A DNA stretch of 64,000 nucleotides, from assembly GCA_010015805.1 (NCBI GenBank), contig ML978139.1, positions 310,001-374,000 of the forward strand. Direction: 5' to 3'. This document shows, piece after piece, positions 39,640 through 51,815 of this stretch. The notes under the pieces are model-generated. The model was not told where the DNA came from. It saw nothing but the letters and a program-made list of their open reading frames with translations, and did not search any database. Position numbers and translations under genes: made by a program. The stretch is from Rhizodiscina lignyota (Eukaryota). Numbering within the stretch: the first letter of the stretch is position 1; each line of letters starts with the position of its first letter.

Positions 39640-40741
39640 TCAGCCAAGATCGACAACACCCCGGTTTCCTATCCACCGACTCCTCGGCAGCTTCCGCACG
39701 CTCGGATCCCGATACATCAGCCATCTGTCGCCGGCGCGCAAGTCGCAATTCGGGATGTTTGCGAATTCCTGCACGTTGCACGTTGTCGCCCTGTTCAGCC
39801 AGCTCTTCTCGCGGGTTGCGCACTTCTCGTAGTGGCCTTCCTGATTGGTCACCTGGATACCTTGACTCGCGCTTGGAGCGAGGGTTATCGCTGTGGTAGC
39901 AACGGCAGTAGCGGTAGAGGGTGCCATCAAAGTGGCGCCCATGGGGAAGGCTACTATCGATGGCCATGTTGTCTGGCTCGGAATGGTCTGATTGATGATG
40001 GGCTGAGTCACTTGGTACGTCGACGTGGTGATTGTGACTGTCGTAGAGGCAGTTATGGATGAAGCTGTCGCTGGCACGGCATTGCCCATTGATTGTAGCG
40101 TCGCGCCCGTAACTGGAGGCAATGGCAAGGGGTGGCCATTCCACGTTGGTGGAGGCATCGGCGTGACATCAACAGTTTCTGCTTCGAAGGAGACGGCGAG
40201 TACTTTAAGCCGGTCGAACTCGATGCCGAGTGAATCTATCCAGCGCTTGACGTTCTTGTGCGTAAGGAGATGCGGGTACGTGGAGTGGACAACGAGCTTG
40301 CGGATGAGCAAGGCATTGTGCGGGCCGATGGAGGCGTGAAACGAGAAGGAGTAGATTGGCTTGAAGCCGATGGTGCCTGTAAAGACTATTAATACCACAA
40401 CATGTCCGCTTGTTGTTCACGTCTCTTCACTCGGCGAGTGACACGTGCCTCGTTGCAGAAGAGGAGAACTCACCAAGGAAGAAGCTGTTCGAGCCGTACA
40501 AAATCGGCGCCGCCTCGAAATACGTCTTCCTGCTGGCTCTGAGGATGGTCGGATACGTGGGCTTCCTCTTCACCAGGCAGAAGGGACCGTGGTGGCCGAG
40601 CCTGAAGCTGGCGTCGGCAACGAGTAACTCTTCGTAGACTTGCGTGCGCAGTTCGGCGGGCAGGGCGAAGAAGGGAAAAGCCTTCGGACTTTCCGACGCT
40701 GTGCACTCCTCGCTGCTCTCCATCGGGGCGAGAGATGCCAT
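39640..40741 (-). CDS. Uncharacterised protein with N-terminal F-box-like motif; intron ~40378-40472
   Basis: FPFFALPAELRTQVYEELL ... ILRASRKTYFEAAPILYGSNSF; second exon GTIGFKPIYSF... Confidence 0.8.
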
Positions 40742-41124
40742 GTTGTCGGAGGAGCGGTGGAGTTGGAGGTGGAGGGAAGGGCGAGGAGGGTTGGTGAATT
40801 CGGGGAGGGGGAGCGTTGTGTGCATTGCTTCATTTCAATTGAGGCTGAGCACCGCACGACGCGCGCAGATCATTCAAGCAAGCAAGCAACCTTGCGCGCT
40901 GCAGCACACGAACCACTGCTGACTCGCCGGCGCTGCCCGCGTCCCTGCCAAGACCTGCCCGATTGCGCCGAAAAGTGGCATTCCGTATGCCGGACTCCAA
41001 CTCCTACGCCTGCTCCGCCTACAGCGCTCTATACAACAATCGATATCAGAACTCTATAAAGCTACTGCAGATTCGCCTGTTCGACTCTTGACTGGCAAGC
41101 GGATTTTCCTGACGATTTTCCAAC

Positions 41125-43409
41125 ATGGAGAGAATAAAACAGACGTTTGCACAATGCAAAAAAGATCAGAGGGTACTCATCTCCTCGAAAAATAGTCAAT
41201 TGAACATAAAGACATATGCTAATAGCTCTACAGTCCGCCTTGGTCACCTATGTGACGGCAGGATATCCCACGCCTGAAGAAACCCCCGACATAATGCTGG
41301 GGATGGAAGCTGGTGGCGCCGGTACGCTTACCACCAAATACCCCACCACCTACCCCACACACTGACAGATATATCTATACAGACGTCATAGAACTCGGCA
41401 TGCCCTTCACAGACCCCATAGCTGACGGCCCCACGATCCAAAAGTCCAACACCCAGGCCCTTAAGAACGGCGTCACCACCTCCTCATGCCTCCAAATGGT
41501 CCGCGACGCACGATCGCGGGGCCTCAAAGCACCAGTCCTGCTCATGGGCTACTATAACCCGCTTCTGAGCTACGGCGAAGAGCGCATAATGAAGGATGCA
41601 AAAGAGGCTGGCGCTAATGGCTTCATCGTCGTCGACTTGCCACCGGAAGAGGCGGTCAAGTTCAGAAACTTCTGCGCAAAAGGTGGCTTGTCGTACGTGC
41701 CGCTCATTGCACCGGCGACGTCAGATGCACGCATGCGACTGCTGTGCAAGATTGCGGATTCCTTCATATACGTTGTCTCAAGAATGGGTGTCACAGGAGC
41801 CACGGGCACGCTCAACACTGCACTGCCAGAGTTGCTCGAGCGGGTACACAAATACTCTGGCAATGTGCCGGCAGCGGTGGGATTTGGCGTCAGCACGCGC
41901 GACCATTTTCTAAGCGTCGGCAGCATTGCGGAGGGCGTGGTGATTGGGAGCCAGATAGTCAACGTATTATCAGAGGCCGGCCCGGGAGGCAATGGAGCAA
42001 AGAAGGTGGAAGAGTACTGCAAGATGATCACAGGACGAGACGGACGCGCAAACGGAACTACGAGAGAAGTCGGCATTGTTGAAGCAGTGGCCGAAGCAAA
42101 AGAGCCGAGTGGTGTGCAAGTGGATGGTGTTGTAAAGGACAGTGGAGAGCCTGGACTAGTAGATCAGATCGAGGCGCTCAATGCAGACGGTACTGCAGAT
42201 TCGACGGTCCTCCCATCAAGATTCGGCGAATTTGGAGGACAGTATGTTCCAGAGTCGCTTATGGACTGCCTGACTGAGCTCGAGGCCGCATTCAACGAAG
42301 CAAAGGACGATCCGAAATTCTGGGAGGAGTACCGGTCATACTACGACTACATGGGACGACCCGGCAGACTACACATGGCAGAGCGATTAACGGAACACGC
42401 AGGAGGCGCAAACATCTGGTTGAAGAGAGAAGACCTGAACCACACCGGAAGCCACAAGATCAACAACGCCCTCGGACAAATACTCCTCGCGCGCCGCATC
42501 GGCAAAACCGAGATCATCGCAGAGACCGGCGCTGGCCAGCACGGCGTCGCAACAGCCACCGTCTGCGCCAAATTCGGAATGAAGTGCACTATCTTCATGG
42601 GCGGCGAGGATGTGCGCCGCCAGGCCCTCAACGTCTTCAGGATAAAACTCCTTGGCGCGCAGGTCATTGCGGTCGAGGCGGGCTCGCGAACACTCCGCGA
42701 CGCCGTCAACGAGGCGCTGAGAGCGTGGGTCGTGAGACTCTCGACGACACATTACATCATCGGCAGCGCGATCGGCCCACATCCTTTCCCCACCATTGTA
42801 CGAACGTTCCAGTCCGTCATCGGCGCAGAGACGAAGGAGCAGATGCAACAGAAGAGAGGGAAGCTGCCCGACGCAGTGGTTGCGTGCGTCGGCGGCGGGA
42901 GTAATGCCGTCGGCATGTTCTACCCGTTCGCCAACGATCCCTCAGTCAAGCTGCTTGGCGTCGAGGCCGGCGGCGATGGCATAAATACCCCGAGACACAG
43001 CGCCACCCTGAGCGGCGGCACGAAAGGCGTGCTGCACGGCGTCAGGACGTATGTCCTCCAGGACGAGAACGGCCAGATCAGCGACACACATTCCGTCTCC
43101 GCTGGTCTCGACTACCCTGGTGTTGGCCCAGAGCTGTCGAGTTGGAAGGATACCGAGCGAGCCAAGTTCGTTGCTGCTACTGACGCGGAGGCACTAATTG
43201 GGTTCAGACTGCTCAGCGAGTTGGAGGGCATTATCCCCGCGCTGGAGACGAGCCATGCGGTCTTTGGCGCGATGGAGTTGGCGAAGCAGCTTGGAAAGGG
43301 GAAGGATGTTGTTATTTGTCTGAGTGGCAGGGGGGATAAGGATGTGCAGAGTGTGGCGGATGAGTTGCCAAAGCTGGGCCCGCAGATTGGGTGGGATTTG
43401 AGGTTTTAG
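41125..43409 (+). CDS. TRP5: Tryptophan synthase (fungal alpha-beta fusion); introns ~41173-41233 and 41322-41382
   Basis: [37 protein letters not shown]; beta domain [64 protein letters not shown]. Confidence 0.98.
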
Positions 43410-43524
43410 AGTTTGGGGATTGTAAGGCTGGCGTATTGGATGGACGAAAAGTTAGATATTAACGTGTACATGATATATCTTAGGCGCGAGCATCGAAGGC
43501 CCGTTCCGTTCCTGAGATTATACG

Positions 43525-43794
43525 CTACTCTGCTTCCCAGGTGCACGCGTGCGCTTGTAGCAACCGCACCACCCCAATCTGGTGGGGCGAACTCGTCAAT
43601 GGCCGCCTCAGTATCTCTGCTATAAGGTAGCATATGATAGCCGGGGTCTGGCCATCTCTATCCCCGCATTCTATGTCAACTCTGCCTGTCTCAAGTAGCA
43701 TGATTACTTGCGCTTTAAACCCTCTCTGAGCATGCATATCGAGACTAACGTAAAGGTTTAAGGTTGTTGACAATAAGTTCTTTAGGCGTATCAA
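43525..43794 (-). pseudogene. Ankyrin-repeat gene remnant
   Basis: HAQRGFKAQVIMLLETGRVDIECGDRDGQTP resembles a single ankyrin repeat; no intact gene surrounds it. Confidence 0.5.
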
Positions 43795-43996
43795 CTGGTC
43801 ATGCCTTAACTTTCTCTTGAAATGGAAGCCTTGGGATGATAATCTTGCAGTCAGTCGTTTCGAATATTGTACTTTAGCAGGCTTTTACGTAAAAACGAAT
43901 AGAGTACAGCATTAGTACTAACGGCACATTCTCCACTATAGGCCGAATTGAAACTACCGCGTTTATTTAGAGTACATAGTCGCAGACTTGAGGTGT

Positions 43997-44231
43997 GCTT
44001 CCACTTAGAGAGCTTCCGCCACAAGCTTCCACCACAGCTTCCACAGGACTTCCACCACGGGCTTCCGCAACGACAAAGCTTCCGCAATTATGGGGAAATG
44101 AACAAAGAATGCAGGAGCTTCCGCCAGATATCAAATTCTGCCTTAATGTTTGTAAGCTTCCGCCAGAGTACAGGCAGTCTAATGGAGGAAGAATACTACA
44201 AACTCCTAGTGGAGGCCTTCAGTGCTTCCGC
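43997..44231. promoter_or_regulatory. Cluster of ~10 RCTTCCRC motifs upstream of the SDR gene
   Basis: GCTTCCGC at ~44012, 44061, 44078, 44117, 44156, 44224; GCTTCCAC at ~43997, 44025, 44037; ACTTCCAC at ~44048. Confidence 0.6.
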
Positions 44232-44390
44232 TAGGCACTCCGCAATATGACTACATAGCGTTCCGATAGCATCGGTCTATAAAGTGGAAGGCTTTCACAA
44301 GACAAGACTAGCAAGACGCCGAGAAGCCTTGCATCAGTTCCCGCAAGTCGTAAAGATACAACAACCGTCTGAAAGCTCATCCCCATCACA

Positions 44391-45316
44391 ATGGCTCACC
44401 CTTCGTTCACCCCAACCTACCACACCAAGCCCTACGCACAGATATCGGCCTCAAATCCACACCTCTCGTGTAAAGGCAAAGTAGCCTTCATCACCGGTGG
44501 TGGCCGTGGCATTGGCCGTTCGATCGCAAGAGCGTTCGCCATCGCCGGTGCCAAAGTCTTCATCATTGGCCGCTCCGAGGCCAGCTTAAAGGACACGTGG
44601 GAGGAACTATCGAAGGTGAACGAATCTTCCGATCCTGCCGACGCCGCGTACATGGCTGCAGATGCTTGCGATCGCGCTGCGGTAAAATCTGCTCTGGATG
44701 CTGCTATGCGGCTTTTCGGCTCGATAGATATTTTGGTCAACAACGCCGGCTACCTGGATGCAAATCGCTCAATTGTCGACTCCGACTTCGACGACTACTG
44801 GCGCTGCTACGAAGTGAACGTCAAAGCGGGGATCATCATTGCACAGGAATTTCTGCACTTGGCCCAGCCGGGTGCAACGTACATCAACATCTCCTCGGGG
44901 GCGGCGCACATCCCGTATATTCAGAACTTCTCAGCGTACTCCTCCTCGAAGATGGCGTTTGCGAGGATAGTAGAGTTCATGCAGGGAGAGAATCCGGAAC
45001 TCCGGGTATTCAACGTGCAACCGGGAGCGCTCAAGACGGATATGCAGTTGAAGGCACCGCATATTCAGGCTGATGATCATATTGGTAAGTTTGCCAGTAT
45101 GACGTGGTTCTTAGGAGTATTTCAGACTAACAGTCGATCTTCCCAGATTTGCCCGGCGGATTCTGTGTTTGGCTGACCAGTAGTGATGCCGACTTTTTGA
45201 AGGGTCGCTTCGTATGGGTGAACTGGGATGTCGATGAGATGCTGAAGCGCAAGGACGACATCTTGAAGAATGATTTGCTGAGGTTGCGTCTTTCTGGATG
45301 GCCGCGAGAAGACTAA
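44391..45316 (+). CDS. Short-chain dehydrogenase/reductase; intron ~45085-45146
   Basis: VAFITGGGRGIG, IDILVNNAG, YSSSK, VQPG, last exon DLPGGFCVWL...FLKGRFVWVNWDVDE. Confidence 0.93.
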
Positions 45317-45331
45317 GCAGGTACCTCAGCC

Positions 45332-46582
45332 TCATGCATAGGCCTTGTATTTCTTGACAGATTCCCAGTCCAGTCCACACATTTGTAGATTATCTTCGCC
45401 AACCCATTCCGCTGTACCATCCACATCATCCATCAAAGCTGTCATTAATAGTCCAAGCTCTTTCGATTGCTCTACGCTCATACCCGCGGCATCAGTCGAC
45501 CATTGTGATACCCTAAGCTCGAAACGAGGCTTCTGGTCCCATGTCTTTCTCCAATGGTACTCGGATGGAGCTTCCCATAGTTCTGCCTGACCCGTGAACG
45601 ACAGCTTTTCCACTTTGCCACAAACCGGATCCATGCCGTGTCGCATAAAGCTGTAGACGCCCTGAAGCATGTACGATGTGAGAATGGTCCGCCGAACGCT
45701 CTCATCAAACACCCAGAACATCCAGTTCGAATTCTCAATCTGCGACTCGATGCCGAACAGAGGATCCATGAGAGCAGTCTTCAGGGGTTTAAAGTGCTTC
45801 AGCAATTCAACTGTCCACCGGACTTGTACTAGTGCATCAGCTTCGGCTTCCGCTCTGGACCTTATGTCTCCATCTAGAAGTCGCATGATTTGATAAAGGA
45901 CAAGACACCGCGTCGTCACGAGTAGCTCGCTCGGCGTCGCAAATGGTATGTCCTGACGGTCAACTAGCGCCTTAGCTTTCCGCCGGATAACTTCGAAGAC
46001 GAATGTCTGGTTCTCCGCGTTCTTCGTCGAATACAAAGCACACGCGCTAAGTGCATCGAGAATCATCTCGGAAGTCTTCACAGAAAGAAGTTCCTTATGG
46101 ATGAATGGATTGGTCCGGCGTTGGGCGAATCCTGCAGGCCATTTCTTGAGAAGTGCGGCTGCGTAGTAGACTCGGGGCATGTAAGCCTGGCCGGACATAA
46201 TCGAGTTGTCCTCTTCAATCTCTTTCGCCAGAGAACTCGGCATTATAACGTCATCTACGTCGGCATACATTGTCGCATCGGCATACCAGTTCATCTCATT
46301 GCCTAGCGCGAAGGACGGGTTGAAATCCAAGTTATGGCCATCAAAGTTGTTGCTCTCTGGGGTCACAAGCATTGCCACATTTGCAGCATTTCCGTCATGA
46401 GTTGAAACTCCATTCGACGGCATTGCCCCAAAAACAGCAGCGGTGGCGGGAGACGGCGGCTCATTTTGATATGAGCAAGTGAGGCCTCTCTCCGCACATC
46501 TCTTGCAGAGTGGTACGTCCAGACTGCATTTACGCTTTGATTTGACGCAGTTTGCGCACGATCGTCGGATTGGGAGTGGCAT
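45332..46582 (-). CDS. Zn(II)2Cys6 transcription factor
   Basis: RRSCANCVKSKRKCSLDVPLCKRCAERGLTCSY; C-terminal NPFIH, YQIMRLLDGDI, WVFDESVRRT. Confidence 0.94.
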   Translation of the reverse strand: MPLPIRRSCANCVKSKRKCSLDVPLCKRCAERGLTCSYQNEPPSPATAAVFGAMPSNGVSTHDGNAANVAMLVTPESNNFDGHNLDFNPSFALGNEMNWYADATMYADVDDVIMPSSLAKEIEEDNSIMSGQAYMPRVYYAAALLKKWPAGFAQRRTNPFIHKELLSVKTSEMILDALSACALYSTKNAENQTFVFEVIRRKAKALVDRQDIPFATPSELLVTTRCLVLYQIMRLLDGDIRSRAEAEADALVQVRWTVELLKHFKPLKTALMDPLFGIESQIENSNWMFWVFDESVRRTILTSYMLQGVYSFMRHGMDPVCGKVEKLSFTGQAELWEAPSEYHWRKTWDQKPRFELRVSQWSTDAAGMSVEQSKELGLLMTALMDDVDGTAEWVGEDNLQMCGLDWESVKKYKAYA

Positions 46583-46837
46583 CGGATGTTCACATCCTCA
46601 AGAAGGGAACAAGCCGGTTTGTATAGAGGACGGTAGATGATAAATCTTCTGACCTTGACATGGATTTCCTGTCTAAGCCAAATTAGGCTAGACCGTTAAC
46701 CTTCTCTATTTTCCCCTTTCTGCAAGAGATGTTGAAATTCATGAAAAACCCTCAGGATAATATTCAAAGGTGTCTATCTCTTTGAACGCTGAATTCCGAA
46801 GTCTATTTTTGATTCAGTGCCATCTAAAATATCAGAA

Positions 46838-47782
46838 CTATTCTCCAATCCGACGACCTCCCAACCCGACTCCGTTGTCGAATGCAGTGCTCCTCGCGAC
46901 TTTGTCAATGATGTCTAGATCTTTGGTAAACTTGTCGACATATTCTCTCGCTTTGTCCATGGCATCTCCACCAAGAGGTAGCCGCAGACAACCTTTGATA
47001 TCCTCTGCAGCACCCGAACCCGTGCCAGTAGCAACGTCAATGATCACTTTCGCCGCTTTCGCTGGATCTCCTTCCTGAGTTCCATGTATCGTGGGATAAT
47101 GCGACAAGGCGCTATCCACGGGGCCTCCAACATAGTCGTCACCGAGTCCCTTCGCAGGCGTGGCGTATGAGCTCACCAACCAATTTGTCCGAAACAGCCC
47201 AGGCTCGACAATGAGAAGGCGGATCCCAAACGGCTTCAGCTGCAGCGCCAATCCCTCGCCGAGGGCTTCGAGAGCAAATTTAGACGCAGAATACATGATG
47301 CCGCTTGCCATCGATAAGGTCAGGCCGGATATGCTGGACATCATGACTATTGCCCCTCGTCGTTTTTGGCGGAAGTGTGGGATTACGCCTTTGGTCACTT
47401 TTATTGTGCCGAAGAAGTTTGTTTCAAATTGAGCTCGAATCTCCTCTTCACTAGATTTCACTGTCAACATGTAGCCCAGAGATGGATATGGTAGTACTAA
47501 CCTCATATCTTCCAAAGCACCGTAAATTCCATAGCCTGCAGCATTAACAAGTACATCCAGATCTTCTCGCTCCACAAGCTCGCAGACTACCTCTTGGATA
47601 TTGGCAGCAGTCAGATCAAGTTGCAACCATTTCCCTCCAGCTTGAGCGAATTCTGGATGTTGATCTGCCGCCTTTTTGATATTGCGGCCGGTACCAAATA
47701 CCACATGACCTCTCTGAAGCGCGTCCAATGCAATTGCAAGGCCGAGACCGGATGACGCCCCCGTAACAAGAAATTTGTGCAT
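46838..47782 (-). CDS. Short-chain dehydrogenase/reductase (17-beta-HSD-like); in-frame intron 47451-47501
   Basis: FLVTGASSGLG, LDVLVNAAGYG, QFETNFFG, YSASKFALE, IVEPGLFRT, GDPAKAA, RLPLGGDA. Confidence 0.93.
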   Translation of the reverse strand: MHKFLVTGASSGLGLAIALDALQRGHVVFGTGRNIKKAADQHPEFAQAGGKWLQLDLTAANIQEVVCELVEREDLDVLVNAAGYGIYGALEDMRLVLPYPSLGYMLTVKSSEEEIRAQFETNFFGTIKVTKGVIPHFRQKRRGAIVMMSSISGLTLSMASGIMYSASKFALEALGEGLALQLKPFGIRLLIVEPGLFRTNWLVSSYATPAKGLGDDYVGGPVDSALSHYPTIHGTQEGDPAKAAKVIIDVATGTGSGAAEDIKGCLRLPLGGDAMDKAREYVDKFTKDLDIIDKVARSTAFDNGVGLGGRRIGE

Positions 47783-48222
47783 CCCGTCTCTTTCAGTCAC
47801 GATCTTCGAATGTGTCTTGTCCTTTCTTGCGAATGGTCGTTGGGTTGATGAGGTGCCGAGGATCGGCGGAGTGTTGTCCACCGAGTCACGAAACCTCTCC
47901 CCTCTTCAAGTGACGAAGCTAAATACAAGAACTCCGTGCCCTTCTCCAGGTTTCGCTCTTCCAGTCATTAGTGCATCGTCCGGAGAGTATTGCTGCGGGA
48001 TAGATTTCTGGCGCTCCTTTAAGTAAGTTCCGTACCCCACCACAAGGAATGACCCCACTCGAAGCTGACGTTGAAATAAGGATCCATCGATATAGCTGCA
48101 AACAGCCATTGATAATTTCCTTCTGCCACTGAACTTCAAGAATCAATCCTTCTTCTATTTCGGTATAGTCCTTAGTCACTTGAAAACAACCACGCCCCAT
48201 AGACCTCTGAATACGTGCGACA

Positions 48223-49084
48223 ATGTCGTCCGACGCTGAAGTAAAGACTCTATGCGAGGAAATCAAGAAGAATTTTTCAGCGTGTGATGTAATCCTTCTT
48301 TCCACTCGAATGCTTCAAAATGCCAACCTTATGCACTACAGGTGTCAGACGCTCTGCTAACGCTGCACGTGCCTTCTGCGGGTCTGCTCCCGGATATCCG
48401 TATGCCTTCCTCAAATATATTATGGAAGTGAACTTTATTTTCCCCTAATAGATTTTGCTAGACCCAATACCGCGACAGAAGTACTGGTACACTCGTATCG
48501 TTGCGCCCATCAGCACGGTCGTTTTCGTCCCGACAGATCTCTCGCCAGGCAGCCCGTTATGGATTGAGGGCGTCCCAAAGGAGTCCAATATCCCGGCAGG
48601 AAAGCACTTTACAGACATTCCTCCCCCAGGATCCATTCTACTGGAGCATAATCCAAAAGATCAGCTCGTGGCGCTGTTCGGTGATATTGTCGCCACACGT
48701 CTCAAGACCCGCGGCGTTCTGGGTGCCATTGCTAACGGCCGTGGACGCGATTTTGTTTCTTCCGACAAGGTCTGTGATGAGAACTTTACCATGTGGTGCA
48801 AGGGTCTAAGTACCGTGGGCACGTCGATGGAGGCGAAGCCGTGGGCTGTGGACGTGCCGGTCAAGATTGGGAAGGTGGAGGTTAACCCGGGAGACATCAT
48901 GGTCGCGGATGAAGGTGAGAGGGGAATTGCAGTCATTCCGAGGGATAAGCTGAAGAAGATTGTTGAAATGCTTGCGGTGCAAAAGAAGGCAGATGATGGG
49001 CTGCTGAATGACGTAAGGAATGGACAGAGCATGGCGGATGCGATTAAGAATTGGCCGGAGCATTATAGTGTTCAGCCACACTGA
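48223..49084 (+). CDS. RraA-like / 4-hydroxy-4-methyl-2-oxoglutarate aldolase family protein; two short 5' introns
   Basis: FSACD|VSDALL, ALFGDIVATRLKTRG, GRGRD, VNPGDIMVADEGERGIAVIP. Confidence 0.88.
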
Positions 49085-49345
49085 TTGTGCGGACTTTGTG
49101 GCATTATACTATCCACTGCAGTATCTTCAGATGCTCAATTAGTAACAGGACCTATTGTTCGCGCTTGCGTGCGAACTACGAAGGGCCGAGCAAAGTGTGT
49201 CTCTTTCGTACGGAGCTCCCGTCTTTCACAGAGAACCAGTGACGGAAGTTCTCCTCATCTTCATTTTAAATCATCACTTCCATGCGTTCCGACGTCAATG
49301 GTCCAGGCATGCGTTGATTCTTTATTTTCAGGCAGAATAATAACT

Positions 49346-49867
49346 CTACAGATCATGTTCTCTCTGTGGCCACCGAAACAAGTCCATATACTTCTCGACA
49401 AAGTTCAGATCCGTCGTCATCGGGCCCGTAATCCGACTGTCAACTCGGCGATCTCCATTCGAATAGGTCCTATGTTTACGAGAAAGGCTCTCGATTTCGG
49501 CGTCCTCCATTCGCCTGACGGGCCAGAAATCCATAATATCCAATGCGAACTCCCCAGCCGAGGTCAAGGCCTTCCTCGCGGCTTGCCTCATAGCAACCCA
49601 ACGCTCCCCCAATATTGACGTTTTAGAAACACTGCATCCGGATGTCCCAAAACATTCCGGCTCTGCTCTGGTCCGGTGCCCGGTGCAGCGTGTATTGCGA
49701 CATATCCAGAGTCCTTTCCAGCCGACGACTGAGTTAAACCAGTCGCTATACGAAAAGCACTCCTGACATGATGGAGCTCCAGCGCGAAGATGCTCGCCGA
49801 CTAAGTGCTCGGGAATGTCTTTGAGTTTTAGTGCCGATGGGTACGCTGGTGAGGCGAAGTTAAACAT
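49346..49867 (-). CDS. Cys/His-rich domain family, paralogue 1 (173 aa, unknown function)
   Basis: EHLRAGAPSCQECF...LWICRNTRCTGHRTRAEPECFG...W..MR..A..ALTSAGEFALDIMD...TTDL; aligns by eye with paralogues 2-6. Confidence 0.8.
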   Translation of the reverse strand: MFNFASPAYPSALKLKDIPEHLVGEHLRAGAPSCQECFSYSDWFNSVVGWKGLWICRNTRCTGHRTRAEPECFGTSGCSVSKTSILGERWVAMRQAARKALTSAGEFALDIMDFWPVRRMEDAEIESLSRKHRTYSNGDRRVDSRITGPMTTDLNFVEKYMDLFRWPQREHDL

Positions 49868-50078
49868 CGTGTTCTTGCGAAGAGAGTGAATTGTTTAACA
49901 AGACTTGATGGAGAAGTATGACCACTCGAGGAACTGTGATGGAATGACAATATTGAGATTTACTGAGGTGTTCTACGCTAACTTGTATTTAAGGTCGATA
50001 AGTTCAGTGACAAGAACGTTTCGAGGTCCGAGAGCATTCACTCAACGTACCATGTCACATCAATTACCATCGACCAAG

Positions 50079-50630
50079 TCAAGTTGTATCATATGACCAC
50101 AGATCATGCTCTCTCTGCGGCCATCGAAAGAGATCTAAAAATCTCTCCACACGAGCAAGATCTGTCACCACAGGCCCTTTCAACTTGCACATGAGACCAT
50201 AATCAGCCGGAGCCAATAGTACGCCCCTCATTGTCGGCCCTGGGCAAGCATGTCGATAATCATCTGCCAACTGCTGGATATGCATATCAGTCATTTCCCT
50301 GACCGGCCAAAAGTCCATGATGATATCGAGAGCCCATTCACCAGCTTGCGGAAGCGCCTCTTGAGCGGTGCCCCTCACAGCGGCCCAACCGCCGATCCAG
50401 CCGTTTTGATATACTATATGCCTTCTACCGAAGCATTCGGGCTCGACTTTTGTTCGATGGCCGTAACAATGCTCGTTATGGCATTTCCAAAGGCCAGAAG
50501 TAGAGCAAGCGTAGCATTTGCGATTGCATGATGGCTCGCCGGCGCGAATGTGCTCGCATTGTAAATTCTCAGGGACTTCATCGCGATTGACGTCGATTAG
50601 TCGAGTCCATGAAGTGATGCCCGTTGCCAT
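50079..50630 (-). CDS. Cys/His-rich domain family, paralogue 2 (~183 aa)
   Basis: CEHIRAGEPSCNRKCY...LWKCHNEHCYGHRTKVEPECFG...ALPQAGEWALDIIMD...VVTDL; start taken at MATGITSW. Confidence 0.82.
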   Translation of the reverse strand: MATGITSWTRLIDVNRDEVPENLQCEHIRAGEPSCNRKCYACSTSGLWKCHNEHCYGHRTKVEPECFGRRHIVYQNGWIGGWAAVRGTAQEALPQAGEWALDIIMDFWPVREMTDMHIQQLADDYRHACPGPTMRGVLLAPADYGLMCKLKGPVVTDLARVERFLDLFRWPQREHDLWSYDTT

Positions 50631-51107
50631 GATTCCGTTGTAAAGGGAGTTGAAATATAGGAAATATTTGTTTGGCCTCGAAGGAATACCGAGTTTGAAT
50701 CTTTGCAAAAGAACACATTTAAGAGTATGAAACATTCAAACATAATAAATATTAATAGCAATAGCCGGCCTTGTGACAGCCAGTGTCACTATTATGTCCA
50801 TGGGACTACGAAGATATTGTATTTAATTGTGAAACACTGAAGCGCCTTTGTCTTATAATGGAAGCAATGTGATTCAGATCAATTTTTTATTTAGATTCAA
50901 CTTTAGCCTATGAATCTCGCTGCTCATATGAATCTCTCAGTTACCTATTGAGAGCTCGGGAACAGTCATGTATAGACAGATTGGTTATGATAAGCTGCAT
51001 CATCGCTATTCACTCAGCTCATACCTTAATTCTCAGTCTTCCAGCCGCACGACACCAACCCGCTGAAACAATGTAGTAAGTGCGCCGGGAATGGGAAAGG
51101 CGTATCA

Positions 51108-51650
51108 TCATTCCAGAATCCGGTTCATCCTGGACATGTCCGGTAGAGGGATCCCAGCGGCCCTCTCGAAGTCCCAGACCTTTTGCAAAGCGTCGTCGTC
51201 CTGGTTGACAATTCTCCGACCTGTACTGGCAGTGTCTCCTGCCTGAAACTTTGCTGCCACCTCTCGCACCTGAGCCTCGCTCATGCGGATAACATTATCC
51301 CCGTAAACGATAACCTCGAGTGCCCAGTAGTCAGCAGCTGGAAGCGCATGCTTTGCCTTCGCCCGCTGCTTGCGCCAGAAGTTCAAAGTGTGGTTGTAGA
51401 GGAATGGAGCTGTACCAAAGCACTGGAACTCGCACTTGGTACGGTGGCCAATGCAGTGAAGGTTATCGCATTTCCAAGGACCAGCAGAGGCCCTGGTGTA
51501 GCAACCACCTGTGCAGGCTGGACCTTCAAACATGATGTGCTGGCATCGCATCATCTCGGGGACTGCAGCAACATTGACATCGACACCGTTGATGCGCCAC
51601 GTCGTAGTGGTGTTGGCACTAGACCATTCAGGGTGCCAGTAATCGCTCAT
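51108..51650 (-). CDS. Cys/His-rich domain family, paralogue 3 (180 aa)
   Basis: WRING...RCQHIMFEGPACTGGCY...PWKCDNLHCIGHRTKCEFQCFG...ALPAADYWALEVI. Confidence 0.82.
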   Translation of the reverse strand: MSDYWHPEWSSANTTTTWRINGVDVNVAAVPEMMRCQHIMFEGPACTGGCYTRASAGPWKCDNLHCIGHRTKCEFQCFGTAPFLYNHTLNFWRKQRAKAKHALPAADYWALEVIVYGDNVIRMSEAQVREVAAKFQAGDTASTGRRIVNQDDDALQKVWDFERAAGIPLPDMSRMNRILE

Positions 51651-51815
51651 GCTTGATCGATGAAAGTAGAATAAGTTGGTAATCTAGTGAACCGAAAGAG
51701 GTCTCGAGTGGTATTACCAAGTGACTTGCTTGCTTATAGAACTTCTAGCATAGAGGAAGAGTAGTAGACCGAAGACAAGAAACCGCCCTTCTTTTATACC
51801 TTGACACGTTAACCT

